The position numbers and the translations under genes are program-made. Below the pieces are notes generated by a model. It was not told the origin of the DNA, made no database searches, and saw nothing but the letters and a program-made list of their open reading frames with translations. Of a stretch of 64,000 nucleotides of DNA, positions 54,127 through 62,570 are shown piece after piece. Location of the stretch: the sequence record OP795442; one strand, 5' to 3'. Origin of the DNA: Escherichia phage A7_1. Every line of letters begins with the position of its first letter. The stretch's first letter is position 1.

Positions 54127-54333
54127 ATGACTACTTCAATGATCAGATCTTCCGACATTAAAAAGGCTTTATCTGCATTGCGTTATCATCATAGAATGAA
54201 AGTAATCAACGATGAGAGCTATCTAGATTCATCGTTAGAAAGCGATACGTTGGAAGCCATTTCAAAATTATCTGATTTGCATAAACGCATGACCGAAAGC
54301 AACCGATCCGACTTCATAGGGGGCGAAATATGA
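54127..54333 (+). CDS. hypothetical protein
   Basis: Track ORF, 68 aa. Confidence 0.5.
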   Translation: MTTSMIRSSDIKKALSALRYHHRMKVINDESYLDSSLESDTLEAISKLSDLHKRMTESNRSDFIGGEI

Positions 54334-54590
54334 GCATTGCAATGTTAATCAATACCGTAGAAGAGGCGAAAGCATTAAAGTTACGTGTTGAACTGATTGA
54401 TCAGCCAGGTGGAGATCTCCTTGTACAAATCTATCCCCCAAAGGATGATTCTGGCGCTTATGATTGGTGCTACTCTGACACGTTCGAACAAGTAGACATT
54501 AAAGCAATAACATCATTTATCAATAGGGCTATACTTGAGCAAACGATAGAACTTAACGGGATGTTAAAAACACCCTGGCACATTTACTGA
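54330..54590 (+). CDS. hypothetical protein
   Basis: Track ORF, 86 aa, 4-nt overlap with upstream gene. Confidence 0.5.
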   Translation: MSIAMLINTVEEAKALKLRVELIDQPGGDLLVQIYPPKDDSGAYDWCYSDTFEQVDIKAITSFINRAILEQTIELNGMLKTPWHIY

Positions 54591-54597
54591 GTTCGAC

Positions 54598-54629
54598 AAA
54601 AGGGCTTGACTTGTTCAGCCCTTTTTTGC
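54598..54629 (+). terminator. rho-independent terminator
   Basis: agggcttgacttgttcagccct then tttttt. Confidence 0.8.
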
Positions 54630-54767
54630 TATTCTTATCAAACGGGCGGCACCTGGGAACAGGGGGGAGGTAATCACTGGACGACTCCGCTATATAGTGA
54701 TAGTAAATAGCTATCAATAATCTCCAAAAATAAAATAAAACATATCGAATCTTTACAATTCTTTCTG

Positions 54768-54796
54768 TTGACACAACAACCGCATTACAGTATTAT
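54768..54796 (+). promoter_or_regulatory. sigma70-like promoter driving an ORF-less leader
   Basis: TTGACA-17-TATTAT; no plausible ORF for about 340 nt downstream. Confidence 0.55.
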
Positions 54797-54804
54797 TTAT
54801 CTCG

Positions 54805-55069
54805 TAGGGCAGCGAAGCAGTGATGTAAAGTAGTTACTCTATGATGTAAGTTCTGAGAAGTCGAATCCGATAAAGTATCAGAAAGTTTCTAAGTTTTCGA
54901 ATCGTCCAGATGAAAAAGGCTGGCAAGTGTTGAGAAAGGGCACGTTGAGTAAGTCCTGAACAGGGGCGCTCCTAGACACCTTCTACTGAGATTGCGATCG
55001 AAGTGTTAAACTGTGAGAAACGATAAAGAGTACCAGGAAAGAAAGAAGTAAAAGAAGTGAAAAAGATTG
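54805..55069 (+). ncRNA. candidate non-coding RNA or long untranslated leader
   Basis: Promoter-proximal stretch with no ORF longer than about 10 codons, then a second promoter; inferred from sequence only. Confidence 0.3.
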
Positions 55070-55099
55070 TTGACACGAAGGTAAGTTTTGTACTATTAT
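55070..55099 (+). promoter_or_regulatory. sigma70-like promoter
   Basis: TTGACA-18-TATTAT. Confidence 0.55.
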
Positions 55100-55143
55100 C
55101 TATCTTGTAGGGCAAACTTCAAAAACATTAAAAAGGGTACAAA

Positions 55144-55419
55144 ATGTTACAGCTTAACGCCAAATTAGACAAAGAAATCACTGAATTTTGGGATATGGTA
55201 GTAGCTACAGATGTTGACGGTGTAGCAAGTCCTTACCTCAACAACATCGAATACCACAATGTTGCTGCAATGAATGCAGAATACGCAGAAGAAGGCGGCG
55301 CGGATAAGTTTGCTAAAAGCAACGGTTTCACTGATGCTAACGACATGATGCAATCAGTATTGTGGCAAGCCCAGGAAGATTTTCAAGAAAAAACCCTTGA
55401 ATTCGCCAGACGTTCATAA
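55144..55419 (+). CDS. hypothetical acidic protein
   Basis: Track ORF, 91 aa. Confidence 0.5.
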   Translation: MLQLNAKLDKEITEFWDMVVATDVDGVASPYLNNIEYHNVAAMNAEYAEEGGADKFAKSNGFTDANDMMQSVLWQAQEDFQEKTLEFARRS

Positions 55420-55471
55420 TAGAATAATCAAACGGGCCGAAAGGCCCACTAACTAACCTAACAGGATTATC

Positions 55472-55744
55472 ATGATGAATCGCATCGACCAATTGAAAGT
55501 AGTTCAGCATATGGCCTACCGTATCCTTGAAGTTCAGAAAGGAAGCAAAAAAGAAGTATGTGAGAAAGCGTACAAGGTATTCAGCCATAAATCTGACGAT
55601 TGGAAGTTGCAGAAAGTCAAAAAGGCCGACATTCTGGGCTATCTTGAAGAAGAGATCCGACTTGCAGACCAAAAACAGATTCGTCGTGATGAGGCTGAAC
55701 ATAACCAGGCTTGGAAAGAATGGTTTAAAGGGTACACTAAGTAA
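55472..55744 (+). CDS. hypothetical protein
   Basis: Track ORF, 90 aa. Confidence 0.5.
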   Translation: MMNRIDQLKVVQHMAYRILEVQKGSKKEVCEKAYKVFSHKSDDWKLQKVKKADILGYLEEEIRLADQKQIRRDEAEHNQAWKEWFKGYTK

Positions 55745-55752
55745 TACTAAAA

Positions 55753-55778
55753 CAGGGGTCATATGGCCCCTTTGTAAA
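55753..55778 (+). terminator. terminator-like hairpin
   Basis: aggggtcatatggcccct then ttgtaaat. Confidence 0.55.
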
Positions 55779-55805
55779 TATCCTATTAATTTACAATTTT
55801 CCCTA

Positions 55806-55835
55806 TTGACAGAGAAGTCAGTTTTGCACTATAGT
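55806..55835 (+). promoter_or_regulatory. sigma70-like promoter
   Basis: TTGACA-18-TATAGT. Confidence 0.55.
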
Positions 55836-55875
55836 TAAGTTCCTGGCAGCAAACAACAAAACAAAGGATAATAGC

Positions 55876-56295
55876 ATGAACATCAAATCAACTAATCCAG
55901 CATACTCTTTCGATAACGCCTTTTGTCACGGTAGCGCCGCCAAAGGTTTTGAAATTGATGGTAAACTGGTTATCGTCAATGTTGATGGGGAAGAGGTTGC
56001 AGTTTATCCAGTAGCAGACGTTAAAAGCCGTTTACAATGCCGCATGGATGTTAACGATTATCGCCTTGATCCGGTTCGTGTAGTTGCCCTGGTTCTGGAA
56101 GAGGAAATTAAAGCAATGCAGCACAGCAACAAATTTATCGGCGATGCACAGGACAACATGAAAGTAAGCCGCCACAAAGTTAATGAAGCACTGAAAGATT
56201 TTGGCTTTAAAGATCTAGTTATCAAACGTGATGAAAAATTCCGCTTTCGTAATGATCTGGCAAATCGCTACTATGAAATATATGAAGCACTTTAA
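55876..56295 (+). CDS. hypothetical protein
   Basis: Track ORF, 139 aa. Confidence 0.55.
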   Translation: MNIKSTNPAYSFDNAFCHGSAAKGFEIDGKLVIVNVDGEEVAVYPVADVKSRLQCRMDVNDYRLDPVRVVALVLEEEIKAMQHSNKFIGDAQDNMKVSRHKVNEALKDFGFKDLVIKRDEKFRFRNDLANRYYEIYEAL

Positions 56296-56298
56296 TAA

Positions 56299-56322
56299 AA
56301 AGGCCGCAATAGCGGCCTTTGT
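56299..56322 (+). terminator. terminator-like hairpin
   Basis: aggccgcaatagcggcct then ttgtct. Confidence 0.6.
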
Positions 56323-56325
56323 CTA

Positions 56326-56354
56326 TTGACACCTGGTAAGCATTTCTTTAATAT
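56326..56354 (+). promoter_or_regulatory. sigma70-like promoter
   Basis: TTGACA-17-TAATAT. Confidence 0.6.
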
Positions 56355-56406
56355 GTATCTTGTAGGGCAAGCAATAACGCAAGCCTATAAACAGGACAAA
56401 CTAATC

Positions 56407-56604
56407 ATGACCATCGCTAATGAACTGATCGCTGTACTGAATGAAGCCAAATCTAATGATATCGATGTACAGATTAAAGAGTTACCCAATGGTCTGATCG
56501 GTTGTACTTGCACTTGTGTCGGAAGTGACTACACAGAAGTAAGCTCACTAGAATCTTTGATCCGTCACCTCAAGGCGATAGTAGAAGATTGGAGAATCAT
56601 CTAA
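56407..56604 (+). CDS. hypothetical small protein
   Basis: Track ORF 56326 begins at the TTG of the -35 element; ATG at about 56407 (MTIANELIAVLNEAK) is likelier. Confidence 0.45.
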   Translation: MTIANELIAVLNEAKSNDIDVQIKELPNGLIGCTCTCVGSDYTEVSSLESLIRHLKAIVEDWRII

Positions 56605-56612
56605 TCAACAAA

Positions 56613-56640
56613 GGGGCCGCTATTGCGGCCCTTATTATAT
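56613..56640 (+). terminator. rho-independent terminator ending the rightward array
   Basis: ggggccgctattgcggcccc then ttattatat. Confidence 0.7.
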
Positions 56641-57328
56641 CCATCGGCGTGACTCCCCCAACTCTATTAATCCCTTCCCCATTTGGATCATCATATCTTA
56701 CCCTATCTAATCATCAATCCAATCACCCTTTGGAATCTCTCTCCCAAAAATCTAAACTAATCTGATAGCTTACCACAACATAACACACAAAGAAAGAACT
56801 ATTTTGCCCACAAAGAAAGGCAGTTTTAAAGAGATACCATTGCCAGAGTATGGAGGTGGCGCGACCGTAGGGAGCGACACTATAAAACGAGTATACCCCT
56901 CCTACCGCTATGCGGTCATCGGTGATAACCGATATCGTTACACGCTATCTGTTCTCTTCGTTTCCTCGTTTTATAGTGTCTATCTGTAGTAATCTTTTAT
57001 CCTTTGTCAACAGATTAATTGGCTTATAGACAATTATTTATAGTGATTTATTATGCATAGCTACTGATTATGTATGCAATAAGGATACAATAAGGATACA
57101 GTAGCGGTAGTGTAGCGACGCTGTAAATATCAACAAAGAGATGCCGTATTTGCCCACAGAATGAACAAGTAAGCAGGGCGGTACGCCCTTTTGCTAATGA
57201 GCGTAGCTCTTTTGCTAGGTAAAACTCTCTTCTCTCTTCTTTCCCAAAATAAATTTTTTCTTGCTTTTATTGCCAGAGTATGGCGGGGCGCTCAGGCTAT
57301 TGATGGCCCTGATGGAGTCGCTCCTGTA

Positions 57329-57432
57329 CAGTTGGAATAGTTCACAGTTGGATAGTCACAAGTTGGTATTATTCTTCCCACTAGTTGGAACAGGCCAGAA
57401 CTGGCAAGGCTTAGAGTCGCTCCACTTGTTGG
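57329..57432. repeat. five AGTTGG-containing iterons
   Basis: cagttggaat, cacagttggat, cacaagttggt, cactagttggaac, cacttgttggac; approximate. Confidence 0.55.
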
Positions 57433-57638
57433 ACGGAAGAAGGGCGCTTGCAGTGCGTATAAGTTGTATTATGTTAAATGCAGATCGAAATCGGTATTCT
57501 AAATCAGATTCAGAAGTCAATAGAAATCTTTAACTTTATTGTTGGGGTAGCACAACATTTTTCTTGACAAGTCGAATCAAAGATGTATTGTGGATTGAAA
57601 ATAAATGAAGATAATGCTTGACTTCTTGGATATTTTGA

Positions 57639-57655
57639 AAACATCGGACCCCCTC
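57639..57655. repeat. homopolymeric C tract (C5 T C5 T C5)
   Basis: Read directly; approximate. Confidence 0.7.
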
Positions 57656-58064
57656 CCCCTCCCCCACGGTCGCCGTGCCTGGCAGCAGTGCCAACGCACT
57701 CAACAAAAAAGAGGCAAACATCCTGTTCTTATCGACGAAGACAACTGACCTCTACTGACGTGACTACAATTGGTGCGTCTCTTCAGGCCATCACCTTTGG
57801 GCACAGATATATTTGGGCAGGATAAATAATGGACCCACCCCGTCATTAGTGACTCAAAATTTTGGCGGGAGGGTATAAAAACTAAAAAGTGGTCGTTTAA
57901 AATTTATGGCAGAGGTCCACTCAGGGTAGACATATACTAAAAATTCTAAACTACTGGAAATTATAAACTACAAGACGGGTGGATGTATAGGGAAGGGAGG
58001 TGACTCAGTGGGAAGTGGTATGTGGTAAGGGATTTATACACACGAGCCTCACTAGGCAAATGTG

Positions 58065-58226
58065 ACTCTGTGGACAATAGGTATTACTCTGTGGACAATC
58101 GGAATAACATGAAGTAGGTCAGTCTCTTCAGAAAGTCTTGACCATTGTGGAAATATATGAAGTAATCCGTCAACCAAAATGGTTTACATTGTGGAAAGTA
58201 AACCAAAATGGTTTAGATGTGGGTAA
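58065..58226. promoter_or_regulatory. cluster of DnaA-box-like TGTGGA(C/A/T)AA motifs
   Basis: TGTGGACAA x2, TGTGGAAAT, TGTGGAAAG, TGTGGGTAA, each 1-2 mismatches from the TGTGGATAA complement of the DnaA R-box; approximate. Confidence 0.35.
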
Positions 58227-58508
58227 ACAGATGTGACTCGACAGGCAAAGTGGTGTGTCTCAGTAGGCCAACAGTGGTTACTCTTTAGGCAAACTACCTG
58301 ATTTTGGGATGAATCGATATTTGTGGGAATCGTTGTACGATATTTGGGCATTATTGTAGGTGGAGTACAACAGTTTGGAAGGACTATATAGTTTGGTGAG
58401 CACAACATTTTTGGTACTGGTACAGTATTTTTGGGGGAAGCATGGTGGCTTGGTTGCAATCCAGATGCAAAAAGCACCCACAATTGGGGTGCTCTCTGTA
58501 GTTCAGGA

Positions 58509-58907
58509 TCATACAGCCAGTCGTCTGAGGGCATACGTTGGATTGTCAATGTCAAATAGATTGACAAGCTTAACAATTCTGTAGCTCTGGGCTTTTACTG
58601 ACTTGTATTGAGATTTATCTTTATCTTCTTGAAGGATGATAGATTCAATTCCGTTATCATAGGCATACTCAAGGTAGCTTTGAGTGAACCCAAGGGCATC
58701 TGCATCCTTCTTGGCTATTTGGTAGACAAATTGCGCCTCTGTTCCGTCATAAATTACCTTCTTGTCTTTCGGTTCTATATAGATTCTACGTGCAGAGCCA
58801 GAACCAATCTTCTGCTCTTGTTCTTTACGTTTTTCAGCCTCTTCTGCCAAAGATTTCCGTGTACCATTCCAACGATGTGCGATTTTACTTACCATTCCGG
58901 CCTCCAA
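58509..58907 (-). CDS. hypothetical protein
   Basis: Track ORF, 132 aa; last gene of the leftward unit. Confidence 0.45.
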   Translation of the reverse strand: MEAGMVSKIAHRWNGTRKSLAEEAEKRKEQEQKIGSGSARRIYIEPKDKKVIYDGTEAQFVYQIAKKDADALGFTQSYLEYAYDNGIESIILQEDKDKSQYKSVKAQSYRIVKLVNLFDIDNPTYALRRLAV

Positions 58908-59152
58908 GTGATATCAACTTTAATTTCTACCTGTGCCAACACGAAAGGGCGGTCATCACCACTGAAGTTATGTCGCCAATCCGTCTCTCGAATGTCCAGA
59001 TAGTCTTTGCTCTTAACGTCATAGAACGTAAACGTACCCGATTTCCTGAACACTTCGTCAATAGGGCCGTCTACATGACCGAAGTATGCGCCTCTTTTAA
59101 TTTCCTGAAAGTTATAGTGTGCCATATTACCCCTTAATAATGTACCTGTCAA
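58889..59152 (-). CDS. hypothetical protein
   Basis: Track ORF, 87 aa. Confidence 0.5.
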   Translation of the reverse strand: MTGTLLRGNMAHYNFQEIKRGAYFGHVDGPIDEVFRKSGTFTFYDVKSKDYLDIRETDWRHNFSGDDRPFVLAQVEIKVDITWRPEW

Positions 59153-59343
59153 TAGTATTCATATTCATCGCCCATGTACCATGAATCGTAACCTTGACCA
59201 TAGGTGTATGATTTAGTTGGTGTTTTCTTTGTCTGTTCTTTAGAAAATAGTGCCGTACCGTCCTTAAGGAAGCCAGTAGCTTCCTCTCCTTTTACTACGA
59301 CACGTCCTTTCTTTTTCCACTCTTCAAATGTACGGTATACCAT
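59149..59343 (-). CDS. hypothetical protein
   Basis: Track ORF, 64 aa. Confidence 0.45.
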   Translation of the reverse strand: MVYRTFEEWKKKGRVVVKGEEATGFLKDGTALFSKEQTKKTPTKSYTYGQGYDSWYMGDEYEYY

Positions 59344-59346
59344 ATC

Positions 59347-59466
59347 TAATCCTCAATTTCTAATTTAACAATTGAAGTTAATGTATCGCCGCAACAAACG
59401 TTAATGTATCCGTTATTAAGGTCAAACAGGACGTGCTCAACTGTTACCATTTCGTAAATGTTCATA
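59347..59466 (-). CDS. tiny protein (about 39 aa, not in track)
   Basis: MNIYEMVTVEHVLFDLNNGYINVCCGDTLTS... behind GGAGAG SD; approximate. Confidence 0.3.
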
Positions 59467-59468
59467 TC

Positions 59469-59678
59469 TCACTTCTCTCCGTGCTCCGCTTCGTCTGCTG
59501 CGGTGATAAGTGCTGCCGCAAGCTTACGTGCTGCCTCTGGTGTATAGTACATTAATGTATTTCCTTCTTCATATTCATCGGGATTGAAGTCTACAGAGAC
59601 GAGGTTGCCGATCCCAGACTTCTTGATGCTAACCTCGGTTTCGTCGAAATCAACGTCTTCAATGCGTACAGTTTTCAT
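59469..59678 (-). CDS. hypothetical protein
   Basis: Track ORF, 69 aa. Confidence 0.45.
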   Translation of the reverse strand: MKTVRIEDVDFDETEVSIKKSGIGNLVSVDFNPDEYEEGNTLMYYTPEAARKLAAALITAADEAEHGEK

Positions 59679-59864
59679 AGTAATTTCCTCTTTATTGTCG
59701 GTAGGGTAATTATGATTTAAACCCTGATGTTAAGTGCTCACCAAGTGCCCCACTGACCCTTCTTTGTGTCAGTGTGATTCATCGTCCTTTCTCCATAATG
59801 TACACCATAATCATGGAGAACGCCAGTATCAGTAGTGGTAGCGCGATCACTACCCCAGCAGTTA

Positions 59865-60011
59865 TCATAGTTGCTCCAGAGCCGACAGCACGGCGACGGA
59901 TGCGAGTAACACTAAGATAATGCCATAAGTCAAGTAGTGATACCAGTTAGGCCATAAAAGGTAGTCACAATTCTCCCAACGGGCGTTCGGGTTATCGTCA
60001 GTATCCTTCAT
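59865..60011 (-). CDS. small membrane protein (about 48 aa)
   Basis: C-terminal part of track ORF 59865..60152 from internal ATG (MKDTDDNPNARWEN...ILVLLASVAVLSAL); the upstream part clashes with 60013..60246; approximate. Confidence 0.3.
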   Translation of the reverse strand: MKDTDDNPNARWENCDYLLWPNWYHYLTYGIILVLLASVAVLSALEQL

Positions 60012-60012
60012 T

Positions 60013-60210
60013 TTACTTCTTACTCGCCCAAGGTAATTCAAGCTTAGTGGGCCGGATGGTAAATTTACGCTCAGGGTTTCCGGTACACAGTTTAGCGACA
60101 ACGATCGCAGCAGCTTGCATACTTCCAAATACGAGGAATTGTCCATCAACAATACAAATTTCTTCTTGCCCTTCCTGCGTGATTACGTATGCGTCATGAT
60201 ATTTGCTCAT
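60013..60210 (-). CDS. hypothetical protein
   Basis: Track ORF 60013..60246; likelier start is the internal ATG (MSKYHDAYVITQEG) behind GAGAGGTGG. Confidence 0.4.
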   Translation of the reverse strand: MSKYHDAYVITQEGQEEICIVDGQFLVFGSMQAAAIVVAKLCTGNPERKFTIRPTKLELPWASKK

Positions 60211-60476
60211 AAATCCACCTCTCGACAACCTAAATAGTCTGTGCAATAGGTACGGAATGAGGTCTTTGCATCTTCCAGAGTAAACCCTGCTGGCATAGCG
60301 AGGTCTGACTCATCCCAAAAGATGTACTCTACGTGACCATCACCGTAGATCACCTCTTGAATGCTTGCCAGATTAGTAGCCTTCATCTCAAATTCTCCTC
60401 GATTATACTCCGCATGAAACTTAAATGGACAGAAAAATTGATTATCTAACATACCCGCACGACGTTTCTTTTCCAT
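60207..60476 (-). CDS. hypothetical protein
   Basis: Track ORF, 89 aa. Confidence 0.5.
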   Translation of the reverse strand: MEKKRRAGMLDNQFFCPFKFHAEYNRGEFEMKATNLASIQEVIYGDGHVEYIFWDESDLAMPAGFTLEDAKTSFRTYCTDYLGCREVDL

Positions 60477-60485
60477 TATAACCCC

Positions 60486-60953
60486 TCACTTTTTGCTGAT
60501 GATTAATTTCTGAATGTTTTCAACGGCTTGGTCGAAGGGAATCTCATATTCTTCGATCAGTGCCAGAAGTTTTGCTTTTGCTTCTTGATTGCGCTCTTCT
60601 TGCACCTCTTTAAGAAGTTCGCCATACTTATCTTTCAGCATTTGCTCAGAGATATCATATGCCTCTGCCAGAATAGCATCGATTTTGTCGTCGAGTTCTA
60701 AACATTCCGGCGTTGCAGTCTTGCCACTTGACCAGCAAGCACCCATATAGCCATCTATACCAACGATGAAGTCATTCCAGTTAGTGTAGTAGCTTACTCC
60801 CTTGGAAATATCGTAATCCTGAGCTAAGGCTTCTTTGAACATCTCATCTGCAAGCTTCTGGATCAGTTCTTTACGATCAGGAGTGCAGAAAGCAAAGAAA
60901 TAGCTGGACGTATGTTCAGGAAATTCACGACGATAGACTGTTAAGCTGTACAT
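60486..60953 (-). CDS. hypothetical protein
   Basis: Track ORF, 155 aa. Confidence 0.5.
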   Translation of the reverse strand: MYSLTVYRREFPEHTSSYFFAFCTPDRKELIQKLADEMFKEALAQDYDISKGVSYYTNWNDFIVGIDGYMGACWSSGKTATPECLELDDKIDAILAEAYDISEQMLKDKYGELLKEVQEERNQEAKAKLLALIEEYEIPFDQAVENIQKLIISKK

Positions 60954-60988
60954 TTTGTTCTCCTCTTTGATTTGATATGCTCAGTATA

Positions 60989-61153
60989 TTAGTTTCCGGT
61001 GTACTCTGCAACCTTTTCTTGCAATTCTGTGTGAATTTTTGCCAGTTTCTGCATTTTGTCCCTGTCCCAAGGCTTCTTCTCAAAGTCAGAAACAGCATCT
61101 GCGTAAGTCTCGATCATTGCCATCAGGTCGTAGTATTTTTCTTGTGGTGTCAT
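60989..61153 (-). CDS. hypothetical protein
   Basis: Track ORF 60989..61243; internal ATG (MTPQEKYYDLMAMIE) behind AGGAGA is the likelier start. Confidence 0.45.
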   Translation of the reverse strand: MTPQEKYYDLMAMIETYADAVSDFEKKPWDRDKMQKLAKIHTELQEKVAEYTGN

Positions 61154-61324
61154 GTTAGTCTCCTGTTTAGTTGATGAACTTAATGTACAGGACAAAAAGG
61201 GAGAATGCAAGAACTTTTTAAAGCCTCTTAGAAGGCTTCTCACGAGGTTATTTAAGTAGGGTATACATTCGGGTAGGTTAGTCAGCTTAGGTCGTTACAG
61301 TGCACCTTGTGAAGCCACAGGCAA

Positions 61325-61353
61325 TAAAAAACCGCCCGAAGGCGGTTTGTGTT
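61325..61353. terminator. bidirectional terminator
   Basis: aaccgcccgaaggcggtt hairpin flanked by A-run and T-run. Confidence 0.8.
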
Positions 61354-61363
61354 TATTGAGTTG

Positions 61364-62561
61364 TTATTCCGGCAATTCCAAGGGTGTAAACTCGAAGAGT
61401 TGCATACCTATGTAACCTGGGAGCAATCCTGCACTGCTATTACCGACACCATATAGGATTCCTTTATCTACATAGTAGTGTGCAACATAGCCACCTTTTA
61501 GTGATGAATATTCTCCACCATATGGTACAGTCGCTGCAAGCTGTGTAAATACTGAATATGAAGACTGGAATTGTGCGCCTGCGCCTTGTAAACTACCCGT
61601 AGCTGCTCCTGTATAGTATACCCTTTTTTCTTCCGGGTGGAGAATACGGGCGCTAAAGTGACCAATGTACAAAGGAGGTAATGAAGGTACATTGGAAAAT
61701 ACCAACGTTGGCGCAACAACGTTTATATTACCCGAGTTGTTTACCCCGAGACTTCCTGACACACTTTGTCCTTGTGCGTAAACGGAGTAACTACCATTTG
61801 AAAGCACAATCCTAAAAAATCCAAACGTTGTCGCAATTATGTCAACTACCGTACCACCGCTAATTTGGCTTTGCCTAAGCCAAGTTGTATTGCTTGAAGT
61901 TGTTCCATTTTGTCCATTATTTGAAAGACCTGCGACATAAACTTCACCACTTTTGGTCAGAAGATAGGATGTATCGTATGTTGACCAGTCAAGATCTATT
62001 TTTTCAACATTCGTGAAGTCAGTCCTTAAGGTTAAGGTTTTTACCGTAGAGGTATCTCCTTTCCCCAAACCCCCTGAGTTGTTAGTACCAGGTTTTTACC
62101 GTAGAGGTATCTCCTTTCCCCAAACCCCCTGAGTTGTTAGTACCACACATTGCATACTGCCCATTGGTAAAGACAACAGCCAGATTACGATGCCCGATCG
62201 CCACCTGCTTAACTATAAGTCCTCTAGGTATAGGCATATCGGCAGTTACATCCGTGGGTGTCCTTATCGTAGTCCCATAACCCGTATTGAAATATTGATT
62301 AAACCCCATAAACAGCCACCTACCTGCGGTTGTCCTCATGAGAACAGCACTAGATGCAGTCCATATCTCTTCCACTTCTCTTGCCAGATAGCGCCATGTT
62401 GTAGCATTTCCCCCTGTACCGCTGAAGTATTGATCTCCTATACCATAGACGTTACCGGAGTTCATAAGCACAACAATGCCACCATTGCCAGCGGCAAACT
62501 TCTTAACGTTACCTTCCACCACTGGCAATTCGGCAGAGCCTAAGTTCATCATTTCTAACAT
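61364..62561 (-). pseudogene. tail-fibre paralogue disrupted by a 55-bp tandem duplication
   Basis: Track ORFs 62082..62561 and 61364..62068 both encode GLGKGDTSTVKT at the junction; removing one 55-bp copy joins them in frame. Confidence 0.7.
62036..62145. repeat. perfect 55-bp tandem duplication
   Basis: ggtttttaccgtagaggtatctcctttccccaaaccccctgagttgttagtacca occurs twice back to back. Confidence 0.9.
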
Positions 62562-62570
62562 AATTTTTCC

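Larger units (their letters stand above)
56640..58508. repeat. 1.9-kb ORF-poor region dense in short direct repeats
   Basis: At least eight repeat families, each 2-5 copies (ttgccagagtatgg x2, AGTTGG x5, aataaggataca x2 tandem, ctctgtggacaat x2, aaccaaaatggttta x2, atatttggg x3, agcacaacattttt x2) and a CCCCCTCCCCCTCCCCC tract. Confidence 0.75.

Noticed and set aside
54860-54900. tRNA gene
   Set aside because: The AGTCGAATC motifs resemble a T-loop but I could not build a cloverleaf (no complementary T-stem or acceptor stem); no other candidate found by eye.
44817-56406. N-terminal extensions of track ORFs (44817, 47573, 48100, 48368, 50533, 52060, 56326 starts)
   Set aside because: The extended frames begin inside promoter or hairpin sequence, often at TTG or GTG, whereas a downstream ATG sits at correct spacing from an SD.
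56804-58584. Track ORFs in the repeat-dense region (56804..56989, 57261..57533, 57536..57721, 58184..58576, 58360..58584)
   Set aside because: No SD sites, low-complexity or Pro/Ser/His-rich translations, and they are built from the direct repeats themselves; the region is treated as non-coding.
59865-60152. Full-length track ORF 59865..60152
   Set aside because: Its upstream half overlaps 60013..60246 in another frame; only the C-terminal membrane-helix part from the internal ATG was kept, at low confidence.
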